Origin: a virus
Reading direction: 5' to 3' (one strand)
Virus record (IMG/VR): IMGVR_UViG_3300041405_000166
Location: 1 to 64,000 of that record
Length of the DNA: 64,000 nt
The notes beneath the pieces are model-generated. The model was not told the origin of the DNA. It saw only the letters and a list, made by a program, of their open reading frames with translations, and searched no databases. Positions 17,601 to 26,283 of this stretch are shown piece by piece. The position numbers were made by a program, and so were the translations under genes. Position 1 is the first letter of the stretch. Each line of letters begins with the position of its first letter.

Positions 17601-19238
17601 AGCATGATGTCCGTCGTGGGAAAGAACTTCAAACCGGGCCAGGCGCTGAAACTGTGGCAGCCAACGATGAGCGGGTCCGGGGCGCCGCGGCAGCGCGCTA
17701 TCAAGCTCCTCGATGCAAACAAGCGGGTGGGCCTGGCGTTCGGTGTAGGCACTGGTAAAACCGCGATCGGCCTGGGTGGCTTCTCGCACCTGCACGAGCA
17801 AGGCAAGATCAAGAAGGGCCTGTTTGTCGTGCCATCGATCGTCCAGGGTCAGTTTGGCGGTGAGGCGCTGCGCTACCTGGAGCCTGGTAAGTTCAAGTGG
17901 CACGCTGAGCCCGGCGCGTCGTTCGATTCCCGATTGCAGGCCTATAAGGATCCGGAAAACAGCTTCACCGTGGTGACGCATCAGTCGTTCCGCGATGACA
18001 TGGTGAAACTCGGCGCACAGCACGCGGGCATTCCTGAGGACCAGATGAGCCAGAAGCTGGGCGAGATGAGCCGGGCCGATCGCAAGTCCTGGATCCGCGC
18101 TGTCATGGATAAGGAAGGCATCGACCACCAGTACATCATGGTCGACGAAGGCCACAACACGCTGAACCGCAAAGGCAAGGAAGACAGCGGCATGGCGAAC
18201 GTGATCGACGCCGCCACTGACAACAGCGAGTACTTCGTGAGCGCCACGGCGGATCCGGTCAAGAACGACCTGTCCGAGCTGCACGACGCCATGACCAAGC
18301 TGGCCGGCGGCAACTACATGGACCGCGATTCCTTTATGCGCAAATACGGCGTGGACACCGCGGCAAGTAAGGATTCGTTGCGTCGGGAAATGGCGCGCTA
18401 CTTCTACCCGTCGAAGATCGACCCGGAAACCGGCGCCAATCGTCAGGAGATCAAGGTCCAGCTCAACGACCAGCAGAAGACCGAACTAGAGAAGATCGAC
18501 CGCCACGCGTTGGCCCTGCGCCTGGCGCGTATGGGTGGTCGCGTCGATGTTGAGTCGGCCATGGCCCTGGCACCTGAGCAGTTCAACGGTGTGCCCGAGG
18601 CGCAGCACGAAGCGATCGCCAAGGCCCTGCAGAAGAACATCGGCCTACTGAAACGTCCGGCCGTGCGCCGGGTGATCAACAACCATCCGGACGGCGCCAA
18701 GTTTGAGGCCGCGGTGAACTACGCGCGTGAGCGCAAGGGCAAGCCCGGGGTATTCTTCACTCGCTCGCTCGAGGGTGTAGCCATCCTGAAAGCCCGTTTG
18801 GAAAAGGAAGGCTTCCGGGTGGCGACCATCACCGGCGCCGACAGCTCCAAGGAAAAGGAAGCCAAGCGGCAGATGTTCAACCCCGAGGGTGGTGCTGAAG
18901 CCCAGGCCGATATCCTGGTGGCGTCCGACGCAGCCGCGACCGGCATGAACATTCAACGTGGCCAGTGGCTGACCGCGATCGACACGCCAGAAACGGCGAT
19001 GACCCACGCCCAGCGCCAAGGCAGGATCTACCGTACCGGGCAGAAAAACGATGTGGAACTGGCTGACCTGGTGGCCGATCATCCGATGGAGCGGGCGGAC
19101 AGGGCCAGGCTTCAGACGAAATACGCGCTGCGGGATCTGGTCACCAGTCCGCTCGAAGGCCTGGATGACAGCGGCCTGGCGTATTTCCTCAAGCAGCGCC
19201 GTGATCGTCAACAAGAACAGTCTGGCAGCTTGTTTTAA
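14685..19238 (+). CDS. Giant protein with C-terminal SNF2-family helicase/translocase
   Basis: FGVGTGKT, MVDEGH, SATADP, ATGMNIQ and QRQGRIYRTGQ motifs; ~1000-aa helical N-terminus. Start moved to ATG 14685 because 14640 lies inside the terminator. Confidence 0.85.
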   Translation: MTENITHRLIFLKALAEGERWITVKAPGAEKGSPVLVRENPDGSASVIGGAGGKLNHLKLRGVKSKEQYKKEAGDKEKSKREAKKQAVTEQRAKDKEAGITGSKARVRKEIKEQTHAEEREYVKATAKVMGWDEKDLAFDEEKHADLSPGAVIKLAREHHRELVKKANEAYDLNRQSLAMDSEARQQANIGGATYKPEDPDSISVADLDVTAGPPTGLGFSADYKGRAEEAGLTDDELEKEAGQVREKKMTQMSDGERKSAISRGQSAKLVKQELQGVREEDPGKSERLKAHLVEADKALELMKAKKRLDLARKKASDALKSVDKSNVEPKAYVIEVDSADVDSAVENQVTNDLRTIRTRNFLSEAGKVSDKSIGSHVASGAFNSINSLSLAATGAGLMDRSTVDVLGVAGAASVLARRLHTDLTPEEMEQVADGMEDFHQHHYMDLSKKSLDEAKALTDQVESMTLPTADNGGDMAALQEINARRRDALNESTRILGTAAGEMEANAALVQALRDKPADKLEIPMGKAQPEAIIRQARALGLQRGDYSIDPVGGQTFLTITASGMDRLAEPVDRESMQQIRRNLDIIEGKQDEDQWLPQGFANRPDLDLKPKPGVAAKLAIPFEVGADAEQSLADYIGGRAADGDSPADIVADLQSETFMQKAGDRRDQYMQALDKLAPAQDADGKQIRNESLQSSFEKMADEFVEKRYGAELTPLHKQQFEMNQTSVDALHRALAAEPSGVAAYKPIGELDHKDQRALREYFAREVAHESPEAGEIRQKLDTLVANEPEQHVTDMFGEQANNPEWLAWKSERDDLSAQHNSSSLSWGKYVKAMGGTAKAYEAAQDLIRSKIAKGFHENYNTLNPKGALKLGHTVIRNNLDHLDTVDPKARAAREAKETALRDGLRERVGGKYASGSVIDKLDQQREQQAAFEQSQLGMFSSEEMPATEQEKALGADERYTLGHSAEQKIASMMSVVGKNFKPGQALKLWQPTMSGSGAPRQRAIKLLDANKRVGLAFGVGTGKTAIGLGGFSHLHEQGKIKKGLFVVPSIVQGQFGGEALRYLEPGKFKWHAEPGASFDSRLQAYKDPENSFTVVTHQSFRDDMVKLGAQHAGIPEDQMSQKLGEMSRADRKSWIRAVMDKEGIDHQYIMVDEGHNTLNRKGKEDSGMANVIDAATDNSEYFVSATADPVKNDLSELHDAMTKLAGGNYMDRDSFMRKYGVDTAASKDSLRREMARYFYPSKIDPETGANRQEIKVQLNDQQKTELEKIDRHALALRLARMGGRVDVESAMALAPEQFNGVPEAQHEAIAKALQKNIGLLKRPAVRRVINNHPDGAKFEAAVNYARERKGKPGVFFTRSLEGVAILKARLEKEGFRVATITGADSSKEKEAKRQMFNPEGGAEAQADILVASDAAATGMNIQRGQWLTAIDTPETAMTHAQRQGRIYRTGQKNDVELADLVADHPMERADRARLQTKYALRDLVTSPLEGLDDSGLAYFLKQRRDRQQEQSGSLF

Positions 19239-19311
19239 TGTCGGTGTTCCTGAATAATGCAGCTGCGAGCGCAAATTAGCGGCGCAGCTCATTAAATAGG
19301 GATAGCTGAAC

Positions 19312-19722
19312 ATGAAGGTTGTCTACGTCGCAGGTCCATACCGCCACGCCACCCGCGCTGGCATCGAACTCAATATCCAGTCGTCGATGAAGGTCGGCTG
19401 CCTGGTCGCCCAGAAGGGCTATTCGCCGATCATCCCGCACATGAACACCGCGCACATGGACGAAGTCATTCGCCCAGGCGACGAGCAGTTTTGGTTGGAT
19501 GCCACCATGGAGCTGATGCGCCGCTGCGATGCAGTCGTCCTGTGCCCGGGTTGGCAGATGTCCAGCGGCACCATCGGCGAGATCATCGAAGCGGTTCGCC
19601 TGGAAATCCCAGTGTACGAATCAGTCGAGGTACTCCCTTGCCCGACGGTGTTCGTCCGTGCTCCGCGCATCCCGAAGTTCATCCAGCGCGCGATCAAACA
19701 GGAGCTCGCTGCCAATGGCTGA
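19312..19722 (+). CDS. DUF1937/DUF4406-like (nucleoside deoxyribosyltransferase-fold) protein
   Basis: VYVAGPY, PIIPH, RRCDAVVL.PGW..S.GT..E motifs. Confidence 0.7.
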   Translation: MKVVYVAGPYRHATRAGIELNIQSSMKVGCLVAQKGYSPIIPHMNTAHMDEVIRPGDEQFWLDATMELMRRCDAVVLCPGWQMSSGTIGEIIEAVRLEIPVYESVEVLPCPTVFVRAPRIPKFIQRAIKQELAANG

Positions 19723-21349
19723 ATACACGCTGCACCTGGGCGATTGCCTGGATGTCATGCGCACATTGCCGGACAACTCGGTTGACAGCGTGGTGACGGA
19801 TCCGCCTTACGCGTTCCCTGGCGGATTCATGGCTAAGGAATGGGACAACTTCGATGGTCGGGAGGATGCTGGCTTTGGTTATTGGCTTGCAGGCTTCACC
19901 GATGGCGAGGGGCATTTCCGTGTCCAGAAGCATGAGCGCGGATCTCATACTTGCGTGTTTCAGATCAAAACACGGGATGATGATCGAGCCGTTTTAGAAA
20001 GAATCAAACGTTTTCTTGGTGTAGGTGTTATCTACGACATGGAAGGGAGCGGAAATGCAAATCCTCAATGTGCGTATATTGTTCAAGACAAGGATGGTTG
20101 TGCACGTATTGTTGCTCTGTTTCGAAAATATCCGCTGACTGCGAAGAAAGCGAACGACTTTGAAATTTGGGCAGAGGCAGTAGAGGAATGGCTAGAACGT
20201 CCACGCGGCAATCGCTGGATAGGCACGTCTGATCAGACTCGAGCGGCCTCCCTAAAAGCTCGAATTGAAGATGTCCGTCGTTATACAGGTATCCCATGGT
20301 CAGGTCACAAGTTCCAGGACTGGGTTCGTCAGTGGGCAAGCGAAGCCCTACGAGTGCTCAAGCCTGGCGGCCATTTATTAGCGTTCGGATCTCCTCGACA
20401 ATATCATCGGCTCGCGTGCGGTATTGAGGATGCGGGCTTTGAAATCCGCGATCAAATCCTTTGGGTATTTGGAACAGGATTTCCGAAAAGTCATAATCTC
20501 AAGGGCGATCATGAAGGCTGGGGCACTGCATTAAAACCAGCGCATGAACCGATCTGTATGGCGCGCAAGCCATTCGCCGATACTGTAGCGATGAACATGG
20601 CCGAGCATGGAGTTGGTGCGCTTCATATCGATGCTTGCCGAGTCAGTACCAATGATGCGCTGGGCGGCGGCGATCAGAATGCAAAGCCCAAGGTGGTTTC
20701 CGAAGGATGGGATCGACCATGGATGCAGGACCCAGAGCAGAAGGCAGCGCATGCTGCGCGCGTAAACCAGAACGTGGCGAAAGCGGAGGATCTTGGGCGA
20801 TGGCCGGCGAACCTGATTCATGACGGTTGCGCCGAGGTTGTCGCAATGTTTCCGGCCGAGGCCGGTGCAGCTGCGCCTGTGCATACGCGTGGATCTGATA
20901 AATTCAGAACTGCCTACGGTGCCTTTAGCGGAAATATTGATGAGGCTGGCAGCACTTTTCACAATGACAGTGGCAGTGCCGCACGCTTTTTTTACTGCTC
21001 CAAGGCCAGCCGCACAGATCGCCACGAAGGGTTGCTGAATCCTGGCCCTCAGTTCAAGCAGGGCACCACCTTGCGCAATGTCCAGACGGCTGAGCTGAAA
21101 GGCAACACACACCCGACGGTCAAGCCCACTGACCTGATGGCCTATCTTCTGCGCCTGGTCACTCCACCAGGTGGAACAACGCTCGACATGTTCGTTGGCT
21201 CCGGCAGCACGGGCAAGGCCGCCATGCTGGAAGGCTTCGACTTCATCGGTATCGACAACGATAAATCCTATCTGGCGATGGCTGAAGCGCGCATCTTGTA
21301 CGCCCAGCAGTTCGCCAAGGATGAGTCGAGTCAACTCTCGCTGATCTGA
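19715..21349 (+). CDS. DNA methyltransferase (N6A/N4C, beta class) with in-frame LAGLIDADG domain
   Basis: GDCLDVM, VTDPPY, LRVLKPGG, HPTVKP, DMFVGSGSTG; insert begins YWLAGFTDGEG. Start ATG 19715 after AGGAG. Confidence 0.85.
   Translation: MAEYTLHLGDCLDVMRTLPDNSVDSVVTDPPYAFPGGFMAKEWDNFDGREDAGFGYWLAGFTDGEGHFRVQKHERGSHTCVFQIKTRDDDRAVLERIKRFLGVGVIYDMEGSGNANPQCAYIVQDKDGCARIVALFRKYPLTAKKANDFEIWAEAVEEWLERPRGNRWIGTSDQTRAASLKARIEDVRRYTGIPWSGHKFQDWVRQWASEALRVLKPGGHLLAFGSPRQYHRLACGIEDAGFEIRDQILWVFGTGFPKSHNLKGDHEGWGTALKPAHEPICMARKPFADTVAMNMAEHGVGALHIDACRVSTNDALGGGDQNAKPKVVSEGWDRPWMQDPEQKAAHAARVNQNVAKAEDLGRWPANLIHDGCAEVVAMFPAEAGAAAPVHTRGSDKFRTAYGAFSGNIDEAGSTFHNDSGSAARFFYCSKASRTDRHEGLLNPGPQFKQGTTLRNVQTAELKGNTHPTVKPTDLMAYLLRLVTPPGGTTLDMFVGSGSTGKAAMLEGFDFIGIDNDKSYLAMAEARILYAQQFAKDESSQLSLI
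19847..20311 (+). mobile_element. LAGLIDADG homing-endonuclease domain embedded in the MTase
   Basis: Single LAGLIDADG motif (LAGFTDGEG) plus LERIKRFLGVG and YPLTAKKANDF; visibly more AT-rich. Boundaries approximate. Confidence 0.75.
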
Positions 21350-21357
21350 CCTTCAAG

Positions 21358-21397
21358 TCGTGACTTCATGATCCCCGCCACTGAGCGGGGATTTTTT
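21358..21397 (+). promoter_or_regulatory. Putative late promoter overlapping a terminator hairpin
   Basis: TCGTGAC-tt-CATGAT, then ATCCCCGC-cactga-GCGGGGAT-TTTTT. Confidence 0.6.
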
Positions 21398-21658
21398 ATG
21401 CGCGACACCATCGACAACGTGCACAAGCAACTGGCCAAAGTCGCCGGCCTGCATGCGCGCGTCCAGGCCACCGACGATCGTATCGGTCAATCAGCCAGCG
21501 AGCGCTTGGCCAAGGTTGACGAGATGCTCGCCGACCTGCGCCCGAAGGTGATCCTCGACAGCGACGCAGCAGACGAATACATGGCCCTGGTGCATGAGCG
21601 CGGTCAGCTCGTGACAACGCAGCAGGCAACACGCCAAGAGACTGGCTCGCAGTCGTGA
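21398..21658 (+). CDS. Hypothetical protein
   Basis: 86-aa helical ORF preceding the head genes. Confidence 0.65.
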   Translation: MRDTIDNVHKQLAKVAGLHARVQATDDRIGQSASERLAKVDEMLADLRPKVILDSDAADEYMALVHERGQLVTTQQATRQETGSQS

Positions 21659-21667
21659 CAGCAGAAT
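21653..21667 (+). promoter_or_regulatory. Putative late promoter, leaderless
   Basis: TCGTGAC-ag-CAGAAT, 7 nt before ATG 21675. Confidence 0.65.
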
Positions 21668-21674
21668 TCAGGCC

Positions 21675-22589
21675 ATGAACGACATAGGTGCAACGACGTT
21701 GACCGCGAATGATGAAGAACTGCTAGCGAACGTCCCGGGCTTTATCAGCGTGGGCGGATTGCTCAAAGCTACGCCGTCCAGTGAGGACGGGGAGCGCTTC
21801 ATCTATTTGGAAGCGAGCAATGAGGACGTCGATCACCAGAACGAAATCGTTCTGCAAAAGGCGCTCAAGGCTTCGTCTGACTACTACCTGCGTCACGGCA
21901 ACATCGACCTTTCGCACTACTCGATCATGGGGCCGAAAGCCGGCATCCCGAATCATCTTGAATACGAAATCGGAAAGCCGGTTGAAGTCAGGATGAATGG
22001 CAAGAAGACCTTCGTGAAGGCCCAGCTCTATCGCGGCGACTCGCCTCAGGCGCGCAATGCCAACATGGTCTGGGAAACCCTGACATCACAGCAACCCCCG
22101 ATGCGCTGGTATCCGTCCGTGGGTGGCGCCGTGCTGTCGAAGTCCGTGCAGTTCGATCCAAAGACGCAGCAGCGCGTTGCCGTCATTGAGGAAGTGCGCT
22201 GGAACAACATCGCCCTCGATCGCTGCCCGGTGAACAAAACAGTTTCCGAAATCAATACCGCTCCGATTGGCGTATTCGCCAAAGCGTTGAACGGTTTTGT
22301 CATGGCCAAGACGTTGGAGGCCGGTTACGGCACCGACTCGGCAACGCTTACTGGCGGCGGGGCCATGCGCACCCAAAGCCTGCACGGAGCTCCAGCCAAC
22401 TACTGGGACTTCCGCAACAAACTCGCCAGCGCCCTCAAAAACGGGAGTGCCGGTAAGAACCCTGGCGCGCGACAACTCGTTGAGTATGCCGCCAAGACGT
22501 TCGGAGTGTCGCTGGATGAAGCGGCGAAAACCGTAGAGCGCTTCATGCGCGACCTTAATACCGAGCTGAAAAACCGGAGTAAATCATGA
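21675..22589 (+). CDS. Prohead (capsid maturation) protease
   Basis: EASNEDVDHQNE, NIDLSH, IGKP, PSVGG, IAL..CPVN; positioned before scaffold and capsid. Confidence 0.7.
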   Translation: MNDIGATTLTANDEELLANVPGFISVGGLLKATPSSEDGERFIYLEASNEDVDHQNEIVLQKALKASSDYYLRHGNIDLSHYSIMGPKAGIPNHLEYEIGKPVEVRMNGKKTFVKAQLYRGDSPQARNANMVWETLTSQQPPMRWYPSVGGAVLSKSVQFDPKTQQRVAVIEEVRWNNIALDRCPVNKTVSEINTAPIGVFAKALNGFVMAKTLEAGYGTDSATLTGGGAMRTQSLHGAPANYWDFRNKLASALKNGSAGKNPGARQLVEYAAKTFGVSLDEAAKTVERFMRDLNTELKNRSKS

Positions 22590-23242
22590 CTGGCACTACT
22601 GTAAATGCGTTTGACGCGCTGCTCGCTGACTTGACCGCATTGAAAGATGACGGCGAAGCCATGCACAAATCCTATGCCCCTGCTGACGACAATGGTGACG
22701 ACAAAAACATCGCCGCTGCTGCCGATGACAAGGGTAATGGCGACCTGGACGACGACGGAACCAACGACAAAACCGGCAAGCCTGTCGTTAACAAGGAAGG
22801 CGAAGAAGCCCCTATGGGCAAATCGTTCGACCTGACTCTCGACGACGGCACCAAGGTTGAAGCCTTCGACGCCACCGAGCTGCTGAAGGCCATGGGTGTG
22901 CGCCAAGACGGCGTTGAAACCGCCCTGACCAAGGCGCTGGGCATCACCATCGACACCATCAAGGTGCAGGGTGATTTGATCAAGTCCCTGCAGGCCGACG
23001 TGACCCGTCTCGCCAATGCTGGCCGTGGTCGCAAAACCGCCGTGACCATCAACGACAAAATCGATCCGGCTTCGCTGGCGAAGTCCGAACCGACCGGTAT
23101 GTCTCCGGGTGAATTCATGGCGAAAGCACTGACCCTCCAAGAGGCGGGGAAACTCACCGGCCTGGAAGTGTCGCGTGCCGAGTCGTATCTGAACCGCGGT
23201 CTGGAAATCCCTGCGGATATTCGTTCCAAAGTAATGGCCTAA
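22586..23242 (+). CDS. Putative scaffold/head assembly protein
   Basis: Acidic low-complexity N-half, coiled coil, many hydrophobic-x-K-A/S repeats; lies between protease and capsid. Confidence 0.6.
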   Translation: MTGTTVNAFDALLADLTALKDDGEAMHKSYAPADDNGDDKNIAAAADDKGNGDLDDDGTNDKTGKPVVNKEGEEAPMGKSFDLTLDDGTKVEAFDATELLKAMGVRQDGVETALTKALGITIDTIKVQGDLIKSLQADVTRLANAGRGRKTAVTINDKIDPASLAKSEPTGMSPGEFMAKALTLQEAGKLTGLEVSRAESYLNRGLEIPADIRSKVMA

Positions 23243-23282
23243 ACCGGCTGCCAAACCTTAAATCCTGCAATAGGGGCAACAA

Positions 23283-24728
23283 ATGAACATCAATCTGCCA
23301 GATTTGGCTGCCGGTTCTTCGACCACCGGCGGTATGCAAATGGAAAGCGTCGCCGAGCTGCGTAAAGCGCTCGAAGCCGGTTACGGCACCGACGTTGCCA
23401 CGCTCACCGGCGGTGGCGCGCTGCGTATCCAGTCCCTGGATAAAACCATGATGGCGACCATCCAGGAGAACAAGCACTTCCGCCTGTTCAACCTGATCGC
23501 CAAGGGCAACGCAACGGCGACCGTGGACGAATGGACTGAACAATCCGGCGTCGGTGGTTTCCTGGGTGGTTCGACCAACACTGAATCCGGCACCATTGCC
23601 GCGGCTACCGGCGACTACGCTCGTCGCGTAGGTACTGTGAAGTACCTGATGACCCGTCGCGAAGTGACCCTGGTTCAATCGCTGCAAAACACCATTGCTG
23701 ACTCCGAAGCTGTGGAACAGCAAAACGGTGCCAAGCAACTGCTGACTGACGCCGAGTTCCTGTGCTTCGAGGGTGATTCCTCGGTAGTGAGCACCGAGTT
23801 CGACGGTATCGAAGTGCAGATCGCAAGCCTCGGCAGCTCCGATCACGTCCTGGATGCCCAAGGCGCAAGCCTGGCCTCTATCGACCTGATCAACAAAGCG
23901 GCCGCCACCATCAGTGGCTACGGCAACTTCGGTACGCCAACCCACTTGTTCATGTCCCAGTCGACTCAAAGCGACTTCGACACCGGCCTCGATCCAGCCT
24001 GGCGTGTAGCGCTGGACAACCAGCCGAACAGCATCATGCTGGGTTCGCCGGTTTCCGGCATCCGTACCAGCTGGGGCAACATTGCAGCCGTGCCGGACGT
24101 GTTCATCCGTGACGAAGCGCAGCAGATGCCGTTCCAGGTTGGTTTCGCAGCCCTGGCTGTTGCGAACGACACCTTCAAGCCTGCGAGCGTGACCCCGGTC
24201 GCGACCGTTGACAACGCCTCGTCCCAGTTCACTGCGGCGCGTGCGGGTCTCTACTACTACCTGGTTACTGGCGTTAACGCCAAGGGCCAGTCCACCGGTG
24301 TGATCTCCACCCAGGTGACGGTAGCAGCTGGCAAGCAGGTTGCTCTGACCATCGCAGCATCGGTCGGCGGCGCTGAAACTGGCTACGTGATCTACCGTGG
24401 TCGCCAGAACGGCACCAACGATGTGACTGACTTCCGTCAGATGGCTCGTGTGGCCAAGGCCGGCGCAACCACCGTCTACACCGACCTCAACCGCGACATC
24501 CCGGGCGCCACCAGCGCTTACATCCTCAACTGCAACCCAGGTGATTCCGCGATCAACTGGCGCCAGCTGTTGCCGATGTTGAAGTTCCCGCTGTACCCAA
24601 CCGTGAGCGCGACCATTCCTTGGGCCCAGCTGATGTTCGGCTACCTGCGGATCGCCAAGCGCAAGCACCACGTTGTGATCAAAAACATCGTGCCGAACGG
24701 TGCGGTCTGGCGTCCATTCACCGTCTAA
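23283..24728 (+). CDS. Major capsid protein
   Basis: 481 aa; N-terminal LRKALEAGYGTD..GGALRIQSL resembles A511/K-type capsid precursors; strongly biased codon usage. Confidence 0.8.
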   Translation: MNINLPDLAAGSSTTGGMQMESVAELRKALEAGYGTDVATLTGGGALRIQSLDKTMMATIQENKHFRLFNLIAKGNATATVDEWTEQSGVGGFLGGSTNTESGTIAAATGDYARRVGTVKYLMTRREVTLVQSLQNTIADSEAVEQQNGAKQLLTDAEFLCFEGDSSVVSTEFDGIEVQIASLGSSDHVLDAQGASLASIDLINKAAATISGYGNFGTPTHLFMSQSTQSDFDTGLDPAWRVALDNQPNSIMLGSPVSGIRTSWGNIAAVPDVFIRDEAQQMPFQVGFAALAVANDTFKPASVTPVATVDNASSQFTAARAGLYYYLVTGVNAKGQSTGVISTQVTVAAGKQVALTIAASVGGAETGYVIYRGRQNGTNDVTDFRQMARVAKAGATTVYTDLNRDIPGATSAYILNCNPGDSAINWRQLLPMLKFPLYPTVSATIPWAQLMFGYLRIAKRKHHVVIKNIVPNGAVWRPFTV

Positions 24729-24750
24729 CCACGGTGGCAGGATAGAATAG

Positions 24751-24774
24751 GAGCGCCCCGGCCGGGGCGTTCTT
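24751..24774 (+). terminator. Hairpin after capsid gene (weak terminator or mRNA stabiliser)
   Basis: GAGCGCCCCG-gc-CGGGGCGTTC-TT. Confidence 0.5.
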
Positions 24775-24789
24775 ACTGGGAGAAACCCG

Positions 24790-25113
24790 ATGACCAAAAT
24801 TCGTTGCACTTTGCCGAACGCCTCTGAAGAGATGAACGGCATCAAATTCGCGGTAGACGCTGGTGGCGGTGTTGTTTCCGTCGATGCGGTACCGGCTGAA
24901 ATGGCTGAGATTTTCCTGTCGATTCCCGGCTTCACTGCCGAGGTCAAGACAGCGGATGAGCCATTGCTCAAAGATGCCGCCAAGGCAACCAAAGGTGCCA
25001 AGGCAACCAAAGAAACTCCTGCAGCTGATGCTGACGCCAAGGCGCCAGAGTCGACTGAAGGTACCGAATCCACCAAGGCTGCCGAAAATGGCAAGCCAGA
25101 AGGCGAGGTCTAA
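24790..25113 (+). CDS. Hypothetical protein (A/K/E-rich tail)
   Basis: 107 aa, GGGAG RBS. Confidence 0.7.
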   Translation: MTKIRCTLPNASEEMNGIKFAVDAGGGVVSVDAVPAEMAEIFLSIPGFTAEVKTADEPLLKDAAKATKGAKATKETPAADADAKAPESTEGTESTKAAENGKPEGEV

Positions 25114-25116
25114 GTC

Positions 25117-25335
25117 ATGGGCACCAGTGCCGGCCGTAACGCACGCAATGCTGCGGACATGCTGAACAAGCTGTCTCCGACCACCGACTATGTAAAACTC
25201 GGCAACATCATGGATGAGCTGATCACCAAGCATAACGCCTTGTGCGCCAAGCTTGATGCTGATGCCGGTGTGACCGACACCAACTATGCCGCTAGCCTGG
25301 GCATTGCCACACTGCAATCCCGACTGGCGCCGTAA
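25117..25335 (+). CDS. Small hypothetical virion protein
   Basis: 72 aa, GAGG RBS. Confidence 0.65.
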   Translation: MGTSAGRNARNAADMLNKLSPTTDYVKLGNIMDELITKHNALCAKLDADAGVTDTNYAASLGIATLQSRLAP

Positions 25336-25339
25336 GCCT

Positions 25340-26113
25340 ATGTCCATCTTCGTAAAGGAAACAATCGTTGCGGAGATGCGCGAGTGGCTGGCTCCAGCCA
25401 TTCGCACTTATCTTGCTGGGATCGTGCTGTCGGATGATTTTATCTGGAGCAAGGTCCGTGCTGCCGAAGCGGATGCCGCACAGAAGCTGCGGGTCTTCCT
25501 CGAGCCTACCAAGGTTCTGCCGTTCGGACATGATCCGAGCGAGGAGCCAACCGACATGCCCTGGGCCGAAGAACCGGCCTACGATTATGACCCTGATTTT
25601 TTCGTGAACAATCGCTGGGGTTACATCATCACCCGGCAGAGTCCGATCATCGAAGTCGAAAAAATGGAGTTCGCTTACCCGGCTCCAACGCAGTCGATTC
25701 TGCGTGTGCCGAATGATTGGCTGCGCCTCGACAAGAAGTACGGGCATATCCGCCTGGTGCCTTCGAGTCAGGCATTCATGGCCCCACTCGGCGCCTACAT
25801 CATGCAGGCCCTGGGCGGTGGTCGCACCATCCCACACATGATCAGCGTGACCTACATTGCCGGCCTGAAGGATGTCTTCGAGGATTACCCGAACTTGATC
25901 GAGCTGATCAAGATGATGGCCGGGCTCAAGATCATCCTCGGCGCCTTCGTGCCGGCCAGCGGCAGTATCAGTGCTGACGGTCTGTCGCGATCGATGAGTG
26001 TCGACACGGCCAAGTTCCAGGACCAGATTGACTACGAACTCAACGGGCCAAAGGGTAGCAATGGTGGCCTGATGAGTGAAATTCACGGCATTCGCAGCAT
26101 GGTGATCATGTAA
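25340..26113 (+). CDS. Putative head-tail adaptor/neck protein
   Basis: 257 aa; VTYIAG and SISADGLSRS motifs; position after capsid. Confidence 0.6.
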   Translation: MSIFVKETIVAEMREWLAPAIRTYLAGIVLSDDFIWSKVRAAEADAAQKLRVFLEPTKVLPFGHDPSEEPTDMPWAEEPAYDYDPDFFVNNRWGYIITRQSPIIEVEKMEFAYPAPTQSILRVPNDWLRLDKKYGHIRLVPSSQAFMAPLGAYIMQALGGGRTIPHMISVTYIAGLKDVFEDYPNLIELIKMMAGLKIILGAFVPASGSISADGLSRSMSVDTAKFQDQIDYELNGPKGSNGGLMSEIHGIRSMVIM

Positions 26114-26283
26114 TGGACGCACGGCAGCTGGTTATCGGTGACGAAATCATTATGAATGGCCAGCGCTTGCGCTACATCGGCGATGGTCGTTTCGAGCCCA
26201 TCTACGAGCCGCTGGGAAAACGCTTTGATGTCGCTGACACCCAGCCACTGCACCGACCGTTGCCGGATGGTGGTGCGTTGTGA
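26113..26283 (+). CDS. Small hypothetical protein, 56 aa (not in ORF track)
   Basis: MDARQLVIGDEII...PDGGAL; TAATG and TGATG overlaps at either end. Confidence 0.6.
   Translation: MDARQLVIGDEIIMNGQRLRYIGDGRFEPIYEPLGKRFDVADTQPLHRPLPDGGAL

Noticed and set aside
19847-20311. Intein or group I intron in the methyltransferase
   Set aside because: No splice-junction residues (Cys/Ser...His-Asn) and no non-coding intron core visible.
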